From a virus: a DNA stretch of 64,000 nt. Numbering within the stretch: position 1 is the first letter of the stretch; each line of letters begins with the position of its first letter. Shown piece by piece: positions 40,597 to 50,786 of the stretch. The notes beneath the pieces were generated by a model. That model was not told where the DNA came from. It worked only from the letters and a program-made list of their open reading frames with translations, and did no database searches. The translations under genes were made by a program, and so were the position numbers. The stretch spans positions 64,001 to 128,000 of IMG/VR virus record IMGVR_UViG_3300022602_000036. One strand, written 5' to 3'.

Positions 40597-41108
40597 TGAA
40601 GTACGATCAATACGGCAGAAGGTATACGGATAGTAACGAATTGTGTAACTTACTGTATAGTAATCCCAACTTGGATTTGAGTCTCTTTCAGGTCGAAGAT
40701 CCGCAAGAGTACAATAAAAGTCGTGATGAATTACACGCAGAAGTTCCTTGGCTACGTGGATATGTTGAGCTTGGCGAAACAGTTAGTTTCTTTGACAATC
40801 GTTGGCAAAGCCACTGGCGCATGCCAGATGAATACAAAGAACTAGACATTGCTGCTTATGTTCTAGGCCTATGTACACAAGACTATGAACTACAGCGAGT
40901 GGGCGAAGAATTACTGTTATTCCAAGAACGTGATGCTTTTAATTTGTTACGTTATATGAAATATCTAGTAGACACCTTACGTAAGAATAATGTAGTCTGG
41001 GGAGTAGGACGTGGGTCAAGTGTAGCAAGTTACGTATTGTTCTTATTAGGTGTACATAAAATCAACAGTATCTATTATAATTTAGACATAGAAGAATTCC
41101 TCAAATAA
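40596..41108 (+). CDS. stand-alone DNA polymerase III alpha (DnaE)-like fragment
   Basis: RV.EEL...GVGRGSSVASYVLFLLGVHKINSI.Y.L..EEFL matches DnaE GxGRGS...YxLxITxxDP...FERFL block. Confidence 0.8.
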   Translation: MKYDQYGRRYTDSNELCNLLYSNPNLDLSLFQVEDPQEYNKSRDELHAEVPWLRGYVELGETVSFFDNRWQSHWRMPDEYKELDIAAYVLGLCTQDYELQRVGEELLLFQERDAFNLLRYMKYLVDTLRKNNVVWGVGRGSSVASYVLFLLGVHKINSIYYNLDIEEFLK

Positions 41109-41135
41109 ATACGCATATATTAGGAGAAACAAAAG

Positions 41136-41576
41136 ATGGCAACAAATCACAGAACAGCCAGAGGTGTGCCAATTGACATGGATAGAATTCGTTTGTCAAA
41201 CGAAACTACCATTGCTGTAGGCAATATGAATGTTAATGCCCGCGGTGATCAATTAGGACCAGGTGGCAAAATTATCAAAACTCGCGCACAGATCATGGCT
41301 GACGCAAATAAATTACACAACAGCCCTTTGGCAGATGAAACTCCAATAAGTGAATCTGCTGATGCTGATCCAACTACACCACAACCAGCAGTACTACAAC
41401 CCACAGTAGATCACGACACCCCAGTTGTAGAGTCAAATGATCCTCCTGCGTATGTTAAACCTCGTGGCAGTTTTGCTGACAGCGTGGCTAATCAAGCAGA
41501 TGTTACTCAAGAACTATTAGATCCAAGTGTTATTGGATTGGGTGATAAAAAATCTAACGGACCACAAAGGCTATAA
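41136..41576 (+). CDS. hypothetical protein
   Basis: RTARG..IDM..AVGNM.VNARGD.LG.GG. Confidence 0.8.
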   Translation: MATNHRTARGVPIDMDRIRLSNETTIAVGNMNVNARGDQLGPGGKIIKTRAQIMADANKLHNSPLADETPISESADADPTTPQPAVLQPTVDHDTPVVESNDPPAYVKPRGSFADSVANQADVTQELLDPSVIGLGDKKSNGPQRL

Positions 41577-41577
41577 C

Positions 41578-41931
41578 ATGAGTGTATATGACGCAAAGAA
41601 AATTACCAAGTTTACTGCAATAAAAAATTATGTTGTTGTAACTGACATGAATTTCAAAGAAAAAATATCGCACGGTGGAATCATTATTCCACACAGTGAC
41701 GGTAAACTAGAAGGTGTTCACCCACGCTGGGGTAAGGTCTATGCTATTGGCCCTAACCAAAAAGATGTCAAGGTTGGCCAATATGTTCTAGTCAAACACG
41801 GTCGTTGGACCAGAGGTATATTAATTGAAGATACAGAAGGTGAGAAAACCATCCGCCGTATTGACGATGCAGACATTCTAATGGTCAGCGATGAACCTAT
41901 GCAAGACGAAACAATTGGTCGCGGCTTGTAA
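41578..41931 (+). CDS. second, divergent GroES-like co-chaperonin
   Basis: GGIIIP...G..PRWGKVYAIGP...DVKVGQ.VLV. Confidence 0.7.
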   Translation: MSVYDAKKITKFTAIKNYVVVTDMNFKEKISHGGIIIPHSDGKLEGVHPRWGKVYAIGPNQKDVKVGQYVLVKHGRWTRGILIEDTEGEKTIRRIDDADILMVSDEPMQDETIGRGL

Positions 41932-42159
41932 TTGGAAGACACACCCTTTATCCCCCACGAAGTAGTAAGCGCAATCAGGAAGCTGGCTCGTATGGCCAGC
42001 GATCCTCATTCTGACGGATTTACTCAATGCACTTACAAACATGATCTTTATGTGTTAAAATGTTTTATAGAAGATGAATATAAACGCTGTCCAGACTTCC
42101 CACAGCAAGAAGCAGAGTGGGAGCGAGATCGTTTAATGGAGATACTCAAAAGAAAATGA
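41932..42159 (+). CDS. hypothetical protein
   Basis: 75 aa, TTG start. Confidence 0.6.
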   Translation: MEDTPFIPHEVVSAIRKLARMASDPHSDGFTQCTYKHDLYVLKCFIEDEYKRCPDFPQQEAEWERDRLMEILKRK

Positions 42160-42287
42160 TGATATTGACCTTGATTGTTTTGTTAGCATTTGTTATACTA
42201 GTACTATTAAACATTGGCAAGGACCGCAGTTGCTCAGGCAGTTGCTGTCAAGGCCGTAAACCATGTGATTGCAAGGATAACAAATGA
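42156..42287 (+). CDS. small Cys-rich membrane protein (43 aa, not in track)
   Basis: MMILTLIVLLAFVILVLLNIGKDRSCSGSCCQGRKPCDCKDNK; ATGA overlaps at both ends. Confidence 0.7.
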   Translation: MMILTLIVLLAFVILVLLNIGKDRSCSGSCCQGRKPCDCKDNK

Positions 42288-43207
42288 AAGATTTATGGGT
42301 AGAAAAGTATAGACCAAAAACACTAGATGGCTATGTGTTTGTGGATAATCATCAACGTGACCAAGTTGCTAGCTGGATCAAAGCTGGGACCATTCCGCAC
42401 TTGATGTTTCACGGTGGTCCAGGAACAGGCAAGACCACACTGGCACGTATGCTGATTAATGAACTTGGTGTAGATGACTATGACGTACTTACTGCTAACG
42501 GAAGTAAAGAAGCACGTAAAGTAGAATGGATTGACAAACTTATTAATTTTTGTCAGACTATGCCATATGGTGCTTTTAAGGTAGTATTAATTGACGAAGC
42601 TGACTATATGAATCCTGTGTCAGTACAACCAGCACTGCGTAATCTAATGGAAGAATACAGTCAAAGTGTACGCTTTATCTTAACCTGTAACTATCCTAAC
42701 AAGATTCTTCCTCCAATACACAGTCGTTGTCAAACCTTACAGATTGCCAAGGCAGATCATACAGAGTTCACAGCCAGAGTTGCTACAGTATTGGTCACAG
42801 AAGGCGTTGAATTTGATTTAGATAACCTAGACAGCTATGTCAAAGCTACCTATCCAGACCTACGTAAATGTTTGAATCTAGTGCAACAAAATAGCCAAGT
42901 TGGAGTACTACGTAAACCTAGCGATGGTGATGGTGCAGTAGGTGATTGGCGATTAGATGCTGTAGATTTATTCAAAGCAGGTAAAATCAAAGAAGCTCGT
43001 ACACTGATCTGTAGTCAAGCAGCCGCAGAAGACATGGACGGTATGTATCGTTGGATGTATGACAATCTTGACATTTGGGGTAAAACCCCAGAGCAACAAG
43101 ATGAAGCTATTGTTATTATTCGCAAAGGTCTAGTAAATGTACCTTTGGTTGCTGATCAAGAAATCAATTTAAGTGCAACACTTGTGGAGTTAACACAAAT
43201 TGCTTAA
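42284..43207 (+). CDS. sliding-clamp loader subunit (T4 gp44/RFC-like)
   Basis: LWVEKYRP, GGPGTGKT, DEAD, SRC. Confidence 0.93.
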   Translation: MKDLWVEKYRPKTLDGYVFVDNHQRDQVASWIKAGTIPHLMFHGGPGTGKTTLARMLINELGVDDYDVLTANGSKEARKVEWIDKLINFCQTMPYGAFKVVLIDEADYMNPVSVQPALRNLMEEYSQSVRFILTCNYPNKILPPIHSRCQTLQIAKADHTEFTARVATVLVTEGVEFDLDNLDSYVKATYPDLRKCLNLVQQNSQVGVLRKPSDGDGAVGDWRLDAVDLFKAGKIKEARTLICSQAAAEDMDGMYRWMYDNLDIWGKTPEQQDEAIVIIRKGLVNVPLVADQEINLSATLVELTQIA

Positions 43208-44210
43208 TTACTCTGGAAGACTGTTTACCTTTGGGTGCAGTTTTACAAATTATGATTGGCCCACATGGGCAGATATCTTAGGGCGCAAATTTTCATATTA
43301 CGAAAATTGGGGGCATGCTGGAGGTGGAAACCAATATATTTTTAATTCAGTAATAGAAGCTAATTTAAGAAATAAATTTACTGCCGACGATACCATCATC
43401 ATTATGTGGACATCTGTTACTAGGAATGACAGTTATTCAAAAGGTAATTGGATTTTCGACCCTGATCATATGGGAGATACTGCTGATTATCGTGGATTAC
43501 TTATAAGAGATCTAGCATCAATTACTGCTATTAGTAATCTTCTTGAATCATTGGGCGTGTGTTATGAGTTCTTATCAATGCTTCCATTGACATTAAGTCC
43601 GAATTTTGATCTATCCACTAGTAATTTCGAATTAACTGAATTTAATGACGAAGTTACTGATGTTATTGCATTATACTCCGAGACCGTAGATAAAATAAAA
43701 CCAAGCTATTATGAGTTGGTAGCAAAGTTTGACTGGTTTAGTGGGCAAGGATTAACTCTAGATTACTTACCAACAGACCTTGAATTAACTAGATTAGTCA
43801 AGGATACTGTAGATCTTCCTGGAGAATATTATAAATTTGTAGGAACTAATTTTCCTTCGTTTGAAGAATACTATTTTAATAATTATGATCATTACCCAGA
43901 TTTCGTTAAAAAAGAAATTAAAAAGTTTGACAAAATTAAAAAATCAATTTATGATCAAAACAAAAAAGAATTATTAAAATTAATCGATTATCGGACTGGA
44001 TTAGTTCTAAAAAAACTTAAAAAATATCCCCGAGATCCACATCCTACCCCCAGTGAACATTTACGATATTTAGAAATGGTATTCCCTAAATTACATGTCG
44101 ACTCTGAAACCAGATATTGGGTTAGTGAATATAACACAAAAGTATTAAGTTATGAAATAGTTAGTATTTGGCAACAGTGGCAATCTCAAATACCAAAAAT
44201 TAGATTATAG
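43200..44210 (+). CDS. SGNH-hydrolase-like hypothetical protein
   Basis: FGCSFT ... GGGN ... D.HP motifs. Confidence 0.6.
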   Translation: MLNYSGRLFTFGCSFTNYDWPTWADILGRKFSYYENWGHAGGGNQYIFNSVIEANLRNKFTADDTIIIMWTSVTRNDSYSKGNWIFDPDHMGDTADYRGLLIRDLASITAISNLLESLGVCYEFLSMLPLTLSPNFDLSTSNFELTEFNDEVTDVIALYSETVDKIKPSYYELVAKFDWFSGQGLTLDYLPTDLELTRLVKDTVDLPGEYYKFVGTNFPSFEEYYFNNYDHYPDFVKKEIKKFDKIKKSIYDQNKKELLKLIDYRTGLVLKKLKKYPRDPHPTPSEHLRYLEMVFPKLHVDSETRYWVSEYNTKVLSYEIVSIWQQWQSQIPKIRL

Positions 44211-44220
44211 GAATTTTACC

Positions 44221-44535
44221 ATGGCAAATTTAAACATTTATCTAGTAGCTCAATATGTAGCTAGACCTAAAGACTCCACTAAAACAGCTCAACCTGGTTA
44301 TATGACAAATCCTGAGAATATTGAGTGGGATGAGCGTATGTATATCACGCAAGGTATACGTAAAAAAGATGAACAAATGAACGTGATTTTAGACCTAACC
44401 GAAGAGAAAATCATTAAAAATAGCTTCGAAAGTGGCAAGAAATTTAATGAGATGTTTGAATACTTCTACGAGGCTTATGGCAATTATATCGACGAGTGCA
44501 TAACTACTATCAATGAAACGAACAACCTTAAATAA
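44221..44535 (+). CDS. hypothetical protein
   Basis: 104 aa. Confidence 0.75.
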   Translation: MANLNIYLVAQYVARPKDSTKTAQPGYMTNPENIEWDERMYITQGIRKKDEQMNVILDLTEEKIIKNSFESGKKFNEMFEYFYEAYGNYIDECITTINETNNLK

Positions 44536-44833
44536 TTGCGGAGCCCGTGGTTGGTTTATAGGCAACTTCGATGGTGCTGTGCATCGGACCACTGATTTCG
44601 AAATATGTTACCAAAAGAATCCACGTGGGCAAACTGCTAGCCATATTCATAAACTGGCTTACGAAATAACTCTGGTTATTAGTGGTCGACAAATTTGCAA
44701 TGGGCAAATGTTCACTGCCGGAGAAATTTGCGTGTTAGAGCCCGGTGATATTAGTCAAATCGAATACCTTGAAGAAACTGAAGTAGTTACTATTAAAACT
44801 CCTAGCATACCTACTGACAAGCATTATCTATAA
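44513..44833 (+). CDS. RmlC-like cupin protein
   Basis: GWFIGNF...H.HK...EI.LV.SG......G.I..LEPG. Confidence 0.75.
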   Translation: MKRTTLNNCGARGWFIGNFDGAVHRTTDFEICYQKNPRGQTASHIHKLAYEITLVISGRQICNGQMFTAGEICVLEPGDISQIEYLEETEVVTIKTPSIPTDKHYL

Positions 44834-46790
44834 CTATTTCTATGACTTTGTTTTTAACTAGAATATTCTTATAGAAAGCAGATCGTTTAGCCGAACTTCG
44901 ATTTTTTAAACTATCCATTCCTTGAAATTTTATATACAACGGGCGAGTTATAGTTAATTCTTTTTGTTTTGCGTTTATAGTTATTCTATTGTCTGTAAAT
45001 GATAAGTTTGATCGATAATCGACTGATTCAGTTGACCCCGGTAGTGCTAAACATCCAATCGTAATAGCCTGTTCCATATGTTCATGCATATGACCTACCA
45101 TTGATAATAGATCTGAAACTAAACTGCCTTGATTAAATTTACTAATTACTCGTTCTATCAAAACCTCATCGGCAGTAATGTGTGACTTGCCCACTGAATT
45201 ATACATAGCACCATGCATAATCCAATCAGTAACTGATTTTCTAGATATATCAACATTTAACCAAGATCTATCTGTTAAGAATCGATTAACTATGGGTTGA
45301 TAAAATTCATAAGCAGTATATCCGTTAAGTTTTGCTAATTGCCTAGCCATTTTAAGCACATAAAATTCTTCTAAGAATTTTAAGAAATTATGCATAACTA
45401 TTTGATTTATTAAATCATCAACAGTAAAAGAACTACAACTTTTAATATATCTAATTTGACTTGTATATTTTGGAGTAATACCAGCTTCACCACCAAACTC
45501 TAAAAAACTTCTTTTACTATAAAACCATTCAATTGAATTGTCGTTGACAAATGCAGGTTCACTCATTGGCGCCTGTGGGCTGACTTCTAACATATGACAT
45601 TGTGTATGTCCTTCAACATCGTAGTATCTACAATGACTGGTTAATTCTATAGAAGAATTGCTACCTGGAAGACCTAGAATAATTTGGAACTTTATTGGCC
45701 AAGGTTCGTTTTCATAATCATAATAGCCAGCAAGTTTTTCTGGACTTAATTGTACTCGTTTGATTGCTTGTAAAACTCCTTCGTCAGCATTCTGCATAGG
45801 AATATATTTTTGATTATTGTCTGCTATGTCGTGATCAAACTCACTGGCCTGATATTTGTTAAAAATATCTAAGATTTTTTTGACTCTGTCAGGGTTATTT
45901 TTTGCAAAACTACCGTAAATTAAGTAAGATTTCTTGTTGTACTTGTTTAATAGTTGATCCAATGTACAGGTAATTTGATAGTCTTCTTCAAAAATACCAA
46001 AATTTGCATCACTTAAAAATAATCCTGGCCAATACTTGACTATGAGTTCAATTTCTTGTTCTAGATGCTGATGATTTCTACGTCTGACTTTTTGTTGTAT
46101 ACCACCACCCCAGTCACAGAAAACACAACCATATGGACATCCACGTGCAGTTTGCCAATAAAACATGGTATGTGTAAATGTTGGCGATTGTTTTTCTTTG
46201 TCTACATCAGTTAATATTTCATTGATGTTTTCCAATAAACAACTGTAAGAAACATAAGTGAATCCCAACATATTCTTAGAACCTTTTCCGTTTGAATATG
46301 CAATTCTACTGGCTAAATTTGTTGGTTTAATAAAAGAATCATTTTTTCTTAGCCATAGTCCATCTATGTTATCAATTGGCAAATGGTCATGATATCTGTC
46401 AATTAACTCTGTGATTGGGACTTCACCTTCACCTTCAATTATTCCCAAGACGTTTGAAAGAGATAACATTTCTGAATGGTCATTTAAATCAATATCAGGT
46501 CCACCACAGAATACAGGAACGTTAGGCCAAACACTATGGCATAGATTAATGAGATCTAACATAAATGCCTTGTTCCACACATATAGGCTTAAGAAGATAA
46601 TATCAGGCGGAGTATCACATAAATTAATAATATCTTGTGGCGATTCGTGATAAAGAGGACAGATTTTCATCCAATTTATGTCGTCAGGGTATTGACCGTA
46701 ATGTTTGTAGTGAGTTTTAAAAAGGTAATATATTTCACTAAACCCTTGATGATCTGTACACAAAGGGCGGCCATAAATTAATACATTCAT
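44811..46790 (-). CDS. cobalamin-binding-like radical SAM protein
   Basis: PDIIFLSLYVWN, GGP, GEGE; RGCPYGCVFCDWG; DANFG; ILGLPG. Confidence 0.88.
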   Translation of the reverse strand: MNVLIYGRPLCTDHQGFSEIYYLFKTHYKHYGQYPDDINWMKICPLYHESPQDIINLCDTPPDIIFLSLYVWNKAFMLDLINLCHSVWPNVPVFCGGPDIDLNDHSEMLSLSNVLGIIEGEGEVPITELIDRYHDHLPIDNIDGLWLRKNDSFIKPTNLASRIAYSNGKGSKNMLGFTYVSYSCLLENINEILTDVDKEKQSPTFTHTMFYWQTARGCPYGCVFCDWGGGIQQKVRRRNHQHLEQEIELIVKYWPGLFLSDANFGIFEEDYQITCTLDQLLNKYNKKSYLIYGSFAKNNPDRVKKILDIFNKYQASEFDHDIADNNQKYIPMQNADEGVLQAIKRVQLSPEKLAGYYDYENEPWPIKFQIILGLPGSNSSIELTSHCRYYDVEGHTQCHMLEVSPQAPMSEPAFVNDNSIEWFYSKRSFLEFGGEAGITPKYTSQIRYIKSCSSFTVDDLINQIVMHNFLKFLEEFYVLKMARQLAKLNGYTAYEFYQPIVNRFLTDRSWLNVDISRKSVTDWIMHGAMYNSVGKSHITADEVLIERVISKFNQGSLVSDLLSMVGHMHEHMEQAITIGCLALPGSTESVDYRSNLSFTDNRITINAKQKELTITRPLYIKFQGMDSLKNRSSAKRSAFYKNILVKNKVIEIVIDNACQ

Positions 46791-46831
46791 ATTTTTATTT
46801 AACGATAATACCGCTCCTATAAATAATTTAT

Positions 46832-47440
46832 ATGACTCCTAACAGACCCTCATGGTTTTTTAAACCAATTAACATCCCAGAACTAGATGCTATTCAACAA
46901 GAATTTATAAAGTTGTTTGATCAACATTATTCACATATATTTGATGAACACAAAGCAAATTTTGTACACATAGATGTGGAACTAATCAAACAAAACTGCC
47001 CTACATTTATTAGTTTACTTACACGTTTAAATCTATTAGATCGTTGGTATAGTATTATCTGGGCTGGAACAAATAAAGCAGGTGCAGAAGCCTGTATACA
47101 TGTTGACGAAATTAAATGGTGGGAAAGATGTATGGCCTTGAACATTCCTATACAAAACTACCATGATAGCTATACTGTATGGTACGATGCTGATATTGAA
47201 GCTGGAATCCCTGGGTATAGTACCAGTGCTAGATATCCTGGATCATTAGGATGGCCTGAAGAAATAACTAGGGGAGAAGCGGCACGATTGCCAGTATCAC
47301 AACCAGCATTTGTTAATAATGGTTTACCTCATCGCCCAATAACTAACCACAATGAACCTAGGCTGATAATTTCAGCCCGGTTCAGTCCTGAATTATTTGA
47401 TTACGATTTTGATCGTTTAGATTTCGCCATAGATCGATAG
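46832..47440 (+). CDS. Fe(II)/2OG-oxygenase-like (DSBH) protein
   Basis: IHVD...ALNIP...V....PH....R motifs. Confidence 0.65.
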   Translation: MTPNRPSWFFKPINIPELDAIQQEFIKLFDQHYSHIFDEHKANFVHIDVELIKQNCPTFISLLTRLNLLDRWYSIIWAGTNKAGAEACIHVDEIKWWERCMALNIPIQNYHDSYTVWYDADIEAGIPGYSTSARYPGSLGWPEEITRGEAARLPVSQPAFVNNGLPHRPITNHNEPRLIISARFSPELFDYDFDRLDFAIDR

Positions 47441-48151
47441 AATCTCCTTTACAGCTGGGTGACGAGCTATGTCTCTAGATTGGAATTCAACACCGGCCAC
47501 GTACTTACTTTGTTGGTATCGTTCAACAAGATGTTTGAAATCTAGTAATCCGTTGTCACTATCACTACGGTCTGCCTGACGTGTATCACCTGTTACTACT
47601 ATTTTAGAACCTTCACCGAGTCGCGTTAGGAGCATCTTTATCTGTCCAGGGGTGGCGTTTTGCATTTCATCTGCAACGACCCAACTTCCCTTAAATGTGC
47701 GACCTCTCATGAATGCTAGTGGAGAAATCTCAATTATCTGTTCTTCTAGCATACGGGCTACTTCTCTAGGACTATAGTACTCTTGTATAACATCAAACAA
47801 GGGTTTAGTCCATGGTTCCATCTTAGCATTAATATTACCTGGTAGGAAGCCGTGCTTTTCATCGTCCACTCCTACCGCTGGACGTGTTAGAATTAGTTTG
47901 CTTACTGATCCTTCTTTGTAGGCTTTAATACCAGCCAGCATGGCCAGCATGGTTTTACCTGTGCCCGCAGGGCCTGTAGCAAATACTATGTGTTTGGTTT
48001 CGTCTGTGAGTAATTCTATATATGTTTCTTGATTGAGGCTTTTGGGTATTAAATGTACTGTCTTTCTCTGTTGAACGTATTGGTTAAAACTAAGTGTATT
48101 GTTTGTTTCTACTGCTGCTAGGTGTCTACTGCTAGTTCTACGTTTTGGCAT
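47417..48151 (-). CDS. phoH: PhoH-family ATPase
   Basis: GPAGTGKT, GFLPG, FMRGRTF, DEMQN, LTRLG..SK..VTGD..Q. Confidence 0.95.
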   Translation of the reverse strand: MPKRRTSSRHLAAVETNNTLSFNQYVQQRKTVHLIPKSLNQETYIELLTDETKHIVFATGPAGTGKTMLAMLAGIKAYKEGSVSKLILTRPAVGVDDEKHGFLPGNINAKMEPWTKPLFDVIQEYYSPREVARMLEEQIIEISPLAFMRGRTFKGSWVVADEMQNATPGQIKMLLTRLGEGSKIVVTGDTRQADRSDSDNGLLDFKHLVERYQQSKYVAGVEFQSRDIARHPAVKEILSIYGEI

Positions 48152-48336
48152 AATGCTCCCTGTTGAAGTGTCGGTAGATTAAAGGCATCTACAAAGGTAT
48201 TTAAGAGAAGGTTTTTTGTTTTTTAGTGACTAGTTAAATTTTATTTCTAGTGACTAAATATTAAGCTGTCTTCACAACTATCCTTTCATAACTCAATCCT
48301 ATAATCTGCATAAATAATACAAAAGAGCAGGATCAT

Positions 48337-48879
48337 ATGAGTAAAGCCATACACGACGTAATAGAAAACACTAAAGAAATCTTTATGACAGATTCAAGTC
48401 TTAGCACCCTCTGTGACTTTGAGCGTGTGTTAGATGAACTTGATACCTATGTTTTTGCCCACTGGAAAGAAGGCGAACTAGTAGAAGGCCCAATTTACGA
48501 AAAATACTTTGTAACCTGTACTTTTATGTGGCCTTATAAAATGATGCCAGATCCACGCGGCGGTGAACGTCTACTAGACTATGACTGCGAAGTATACTAC
48601 AGTAAAGATATTTTAGAATATCCTATGAAAGTAGAAAAGCCAGAAGATTTTGAACCAGGCACTAAGATGCCTAAACTAAAGAAAACTCCTGTTTGGTTAG
48701 TTAAAATTGTAATGCCTAAAAAGCTCATGCAAGAAATTCAACAGGGTAGTTTGGAACTAGAAGGTGAAAACCTAGACCTAGAAGACATCAACAACGCCTA
48801 TGAAGAAGGCGATGATCAAGCACAATTTAATCAAGACGAACAACAAGAACAATCACAAAATGCCGAACCACAATTCTAG
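48337..48879 (+). CDS. hypothetical late protein
   Basis: DFERVLD..D.YVF..W..GELVEGP. Confidence 0.8.
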   Translation: MSKAIHDVIENTKEIFMTDSSLSTLCDFERVLDELDTYVFAHWKEGELVEGPIYEKYFVTCTFMWPYKMMPDPRGGERLLDYDCEVYYSKDILEYPMKVEKPEDFEPGTKMPKLKKTPVWLVKIVMPKKLMQEIQQGSLELEGENLDLEDINNAYEEGDDQAQFNQDEQQEQSQNAEPQF

Positions 48880-49426
48880 ACTATTAAGAGAAAATCTTGA
48901 AATGGGCGATTTAAAACGCCTAGTTCACAACGAACTGCACATTGACGAATACAAAAGTAAAATGGGCAGTGATGCTGACGTTGTTGTAGTCAGTTTCAAA
49001 GTTGCAGGCAAAGAGCCAAGTGCTGACTTGGTTAGTTTTGTAGAAAAAGGCTATGACTACGTATTAGACGCAGACGTTAGCTCAGGTGAAAAAGAAGGTG
49101 GTGACTATCTGGTGTTCATTGAAGTAGAACGTACAGCAGAACTTCCAGAACAACTAGTGCAGATGATGGAAGATCTAATGAACCTAACAGAACAAAAGAT
49201 TGAAGATTGGCGTGTTAGATATCAAAAATCAAGCAAGGATCATCCTATGACTGTTGATACTATAAAAAGTATTGTACCACTAACTCCAGAAGAGTATGAA
49301 AAGAAATACGGTGACATCCATGCTGAACTTGACAGTATGAAAGCCATAGCCGGAGTACCAGTAACAACTAAAGCACCTAAGAATGAATACACGGAGAGCT
49401 TAAGAGTAGCCGCAGGCATTAAATAG
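48860..49426 (+). CDS. hypothetical late protein
   Basis: IDEYKSKMG.D.DV...F.EKGY..VLDAD.S.GE; start 48860 inferred. Confidence 0.8.
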   Translation: MPNHNSRLLRENLEMGDLKRLVHNELHIDEYKSKMGSDADVVVVSFKVAGKEPSADLVSFVEKGYDYVLDADVSSGEKEGGDYLVFIEVERTAELPEQLVQMMEDLMNLTEQKIEDWRVRYQKSSKDHPMTVDTIKSIVPLTPEEYEKKYGDIHAELDSMKAIAGVPVTTKAPKNEYTESLRVAAGIK

Positions 49427-49450
49427 TAATATAATTGAAAGGAATCAACA

Positions 49451-50062
49451 ATGGAAATCACAGCAGACTTAATCAAATCACTTTACCCGCAGTACAAATA
49501 TCCACAAGACCTTGCAGAGGTCCTAACAGAACAATTTCAAAAATATGAAATCAACACTGTTAATCGTGCCGCAGGATTCCTAGCACAATGTGGACATGAA
49601 TCAAACGGATTTACAGTATTAAAAGAAAACCTAAACTATTCAGCAGAAGGACTTAACAAGATATTCCATAAGTACTTCCCAACTGTAGCAGATGCTCAAC
49701 CATATGCACGTAATCCTGAAAAGATTGCTAACCGAGTCTATGCTAACCGCATGGGCAATGGTCCAGAATCATCAGGTGATGGTTACAAATTCCGTGGACG
49801 TGGTGCTATCCAATTAACAGGTCATGACAACTACAGCAAATTTGCTGCCAGTGTTGGTTATAGCCTAGATGACTGTGTTGCTGACTTAGAAACACTTGAC
49901 GGTGCAATTGAATCAGCCTGTTGGTTTTGGGAAACCAACGGGTTAAATGCTATCTGTGATGCAGATGATATTGTACACATGACTAAAAAGATCAATGGTG
50001 GTACTATTGGCCTAGATGATCGCAAAGCACACTATGAAAAAGCCAAAGGACTATTAGGATAA
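49451..50062 (+). CDS. endolysin, glycoside hydrolase family 19
   Basis: FLAQCGHES, ENLNYS, YKFRGRGAIQLTG..NY, INGG..GL.DR. Confidence 0.92.
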   Translation: MEITADLIKSLYPQYKYPQDLAEVLTEQFQKYEINTVNRAAGFLAQCGHESNGFTVLKENLNYSAEGLNKIFHKYFPTVADAQPYARNPEKIANRVYANRMGNGPESSGDGYKFRGRGAIQLTGHDNYSKFAASVGYSLDDCVADLETLDGAIESACWFWETNGLNAICDADDIVHMTKKINGGTIGLDDRKAHYEKAKGLLG

Positions 50063-50520
50063 TGTGGTTATTACATTTTATCCCTGACAGCCTAATAGTA
50101 CTAGTTATCAATGTTATATTATTAGGTGGCGTCGGCCTTACTGTTGGCAGTTTGTTTATGGGATTTATTCCATTTATTAAACAATACAAATTCCCATTGG
50201 AAGCCATTGGTATATCATTATTAGTAGTAGGTGCTTACCTCAAAGGTGGGTTTGGCGTAGATGCAGAAATGCGTGAGCAGGTCAAAGAACTAGAAGCCAA
50301 AATAGCAGTCGCTGAACAAAAATCTAATGCTGCTAATGCGCAAGTGCAGACTAAAATTGTCACTAAAATTCTTAAAATACATGACAAGGCCAATGCTGCT
50401 AAAGAAACAATACGCAGAAATAAAGACACAATTAATGCAGGATGCACTTTATCTGACGAAGCAATTGATGCTTACAATTACAGTATTACAAAAACTAAAA
50501 CACCAACGGAGACAAAATAA
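50062..50520 (+). CDS. inner-membrane spanin (Rz-like)
   Basis: N-terminal TM helices then coiled coil, directly after endolysin. Confidence 0.65.
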   Translation: MWLLHFIPDSLIVLVINVILLGGVGLTVGSLFMGFIPFIKQYKFPLEAIGISLLVVGAYLKGGFGVDAEMREQVKELEAKIAVAEQKSNAANAQVQTKIVTKILKIHDKANAAKETIRRNKDTINAGCTLSDEAIDAYNYSITKTKTPTETK

Positions 50521-50786
50521 TGCGCAAACTATTATTAATCTCTATACTGGCATTAACTGGATGTGCTACTAGCATTCCGGTCAAAATGAGTTTTCCACAA
50601 ATTCCAGAGGCATTAAGTAAACCATGTGATCGTTTATTGCCCTTAGAACAAGGCAAGAAACAGCTCACAGACCTATTAGAAAATACAGTTGATAACTATG
50701 CCAAGGCAAAAGAATGTTATGCTAAAGATCAAGCATGGCAAGAATGGTATGCAACACAGAAACAAATTTTTGAGGAAGTCAAATGA
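50520..50786 (+). CDS. outer-membrane spanin lipoprotein (Rz1-like)
   Basis: lipobox LTGC, Pro-rich segment, extra Cys. Confidence 0.7.
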   Translation: MRKLLLISILALTGCATSIPVKMSFPQIPEALSKPCDRLLPLEQGKKQLTDLLENTVDNYAKAKECYAKDQAWQEWYATQKQIFEEVK

